The notes under the pieces: generated by a model
What the model was told of the DNA's origin: nothing
Seen by the model: only the letters and a program-made list of their open reading frames with translations
Database searches by the model: none
Source of the DNA: an uncultured Muribaculaceae bacterium
GTDB taxonomy: Bacteria > Pseudomonadota > Alphaproteobacteria > Rs-D84
Assembly (NCBI GenBank): GCA_964368385.1
Contig: CAYJAG010000001.1
Span: 18,990-54,838 of the forward strand
DNA length: 35,849 nucleotides
Reading direction: 5' to 3'
Part shown: positions 34,947 to 35,849 of the stretch, piece by piece
Numbering within the stretch: the first letter of the stretch is position 1
Layout: each line of letters opens with the position of its first letter
Translations under genes and position numbers: made by a program

Positions 34947-35849
34947 ATGAAGTACAAAGAATTCGGATTTGTTAATACTGACGCCATGTTGCGCGGCGCC
35001 CTGCGCGGCGGATATGCTGTCCCGGCCTATAATTTCAGCAATCTGGAACAATTACAAGCAGTGCTATCTGCATGCATTCAGACCGATTCACCTGTTATTT
35101 TACAAGTATCAAATGGTGCAAGAAAATATGTCGGTACTGAAATTTTGATGGCAATGGTTGGGGCGGCCGTACGCGACCTTACAATTCCAATCGCCCTGCA
35201 TCTGGATCATGGCGCGGATTTTGACATTTGCAAAGACTGCATAGATATGGGATTTTCATCCGTGATGATTGACGCATCAAACAAACCATTTGATGAAAAT
35301 GTTTTGGTGTCTCGCAAGGTTGCTGATTACGCACATAAACATGGCGTGTCTGTCGAGGCTGAACTGGGCGCATTGGTCGGCATAGAAGATGAAGTAAATG
35401 TTGCCGAACCCCGATATACAAATCCGGATGATGTCGTCCGATTTGTTAAACAAACCGGGGTCGATTCGCTGGCTATTTCTATTGGAACTTCGCATGGGGC
35501 GTATAAAATGAAATCCCCAAGCGATAAATTGCGTTTTGACATCCTGGAAAAGATTGAAAAACAATTACCTGATTTTCCATTGGTTCTGCACGGCGCGTCA
35601 TCTGTGCCACAAAACTTGATTGCCGAAATAAATAAATTTGGCGGAAAAATCACGGGCGCACTTGGAATTCCCGAAGAACAATTAATTGCTGCGCGCAAAA
35701 TGAACATATGCAAAATCAATGTGGATTCTGACGCGCGGCTGGCATTCACGGCCGCGGTTCGTCAAATGTTTTTGGAAAAACCCGAAGTTTTTGATCCCAG
35801 AACTTATCTGTCGGCGGCCCGGGAAAAGATGACCAAATTGTATAAAGAC
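34947..35849 (+). CDS. fba: Class II fructose-1,6-bisphosphate aldolase, 3'-truncated by window edge
   Basis: Absent from the ORF track because it has no stop. Manual translation gives MKYKEFGFVNT...GGYAVPAYN, ALHLDHG, GFSSVMIDAS, VEAELG, GTSHGAYK, LVLHGASS and KINVDSD. Confidence 0.93.
   Translation, partial: MKYKEFGFVNTDAMLRGALRGGYAVPAYNFSNLEQLQAVLSACIQTDSPVILQVSNGARKYVGTEILMAMVGAAVRDLTIPIALHLDHGADFDICKDCIDMGFSSVMIDASNKPFDENVLVSRKVADYAHKHGVSVEAELGALVGIEDEVNVAEPRYTNPDDVVRFVKQTGVDSLAISIGTSHGAYKMKSPSDKLRFDILEKIEKQLPDFPLVLHGASSVPQNLIAEINKFGGKITGALGIPEEQLIAARKMNICKINVDSDARLAFTAAVRQMFLEKPEVFDPRTYLSAAREKMTKLYKD

Overview
A gene-dense chromosomal segment made mostly of housekeeping genes. ParE, DnaN, DnaQ, PBP1A and the plsY-dprA pairing look alphaproteobacterial; the GRSMIEMLGVL pilin style suggests a small-genome uncultured lineage, but this is inference only. 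Gene order: plsC (partial), a minus-strand operon pilin-rluA family-asmA-dacA, uvrC, efp, trxB, dnaN, ppa, an OmpA-like secreted protein, uvrD, dnaQ, a TPR/Pro-repeat membrane protein, PBP1A, pgsA, an AT-rich islet of three secreted-protein genes, a methyltransferase, dnaA, dprA, plsY, rpsT, a PilN/TcpC-type secretin with a TcpQ-domain protein, a membrane protein-sufB-sufC cluster, an AI-2E transporter, dnaJ, parE, a small lipoprotein and class II fba (partial). No CRISPR array, tRNA, rRNA, integrase or transposase was seen. Most notable: (1) a DnaA lacking the arginine finger, sensor I Asp and sensor II Arg; (2) a dispersed chromosomal type IVb-like pilus module; (3) a CdaA-type c-di-AMP cyclase in an operon with the pilin; (4) the islet bounded by identical 34-bp terminator repeats; (5) inverted heptamer repeats inside uvrC and a 20-bp inverted copy of pgsA sequence; (6) recurring leaderless and bidirectional promoters.
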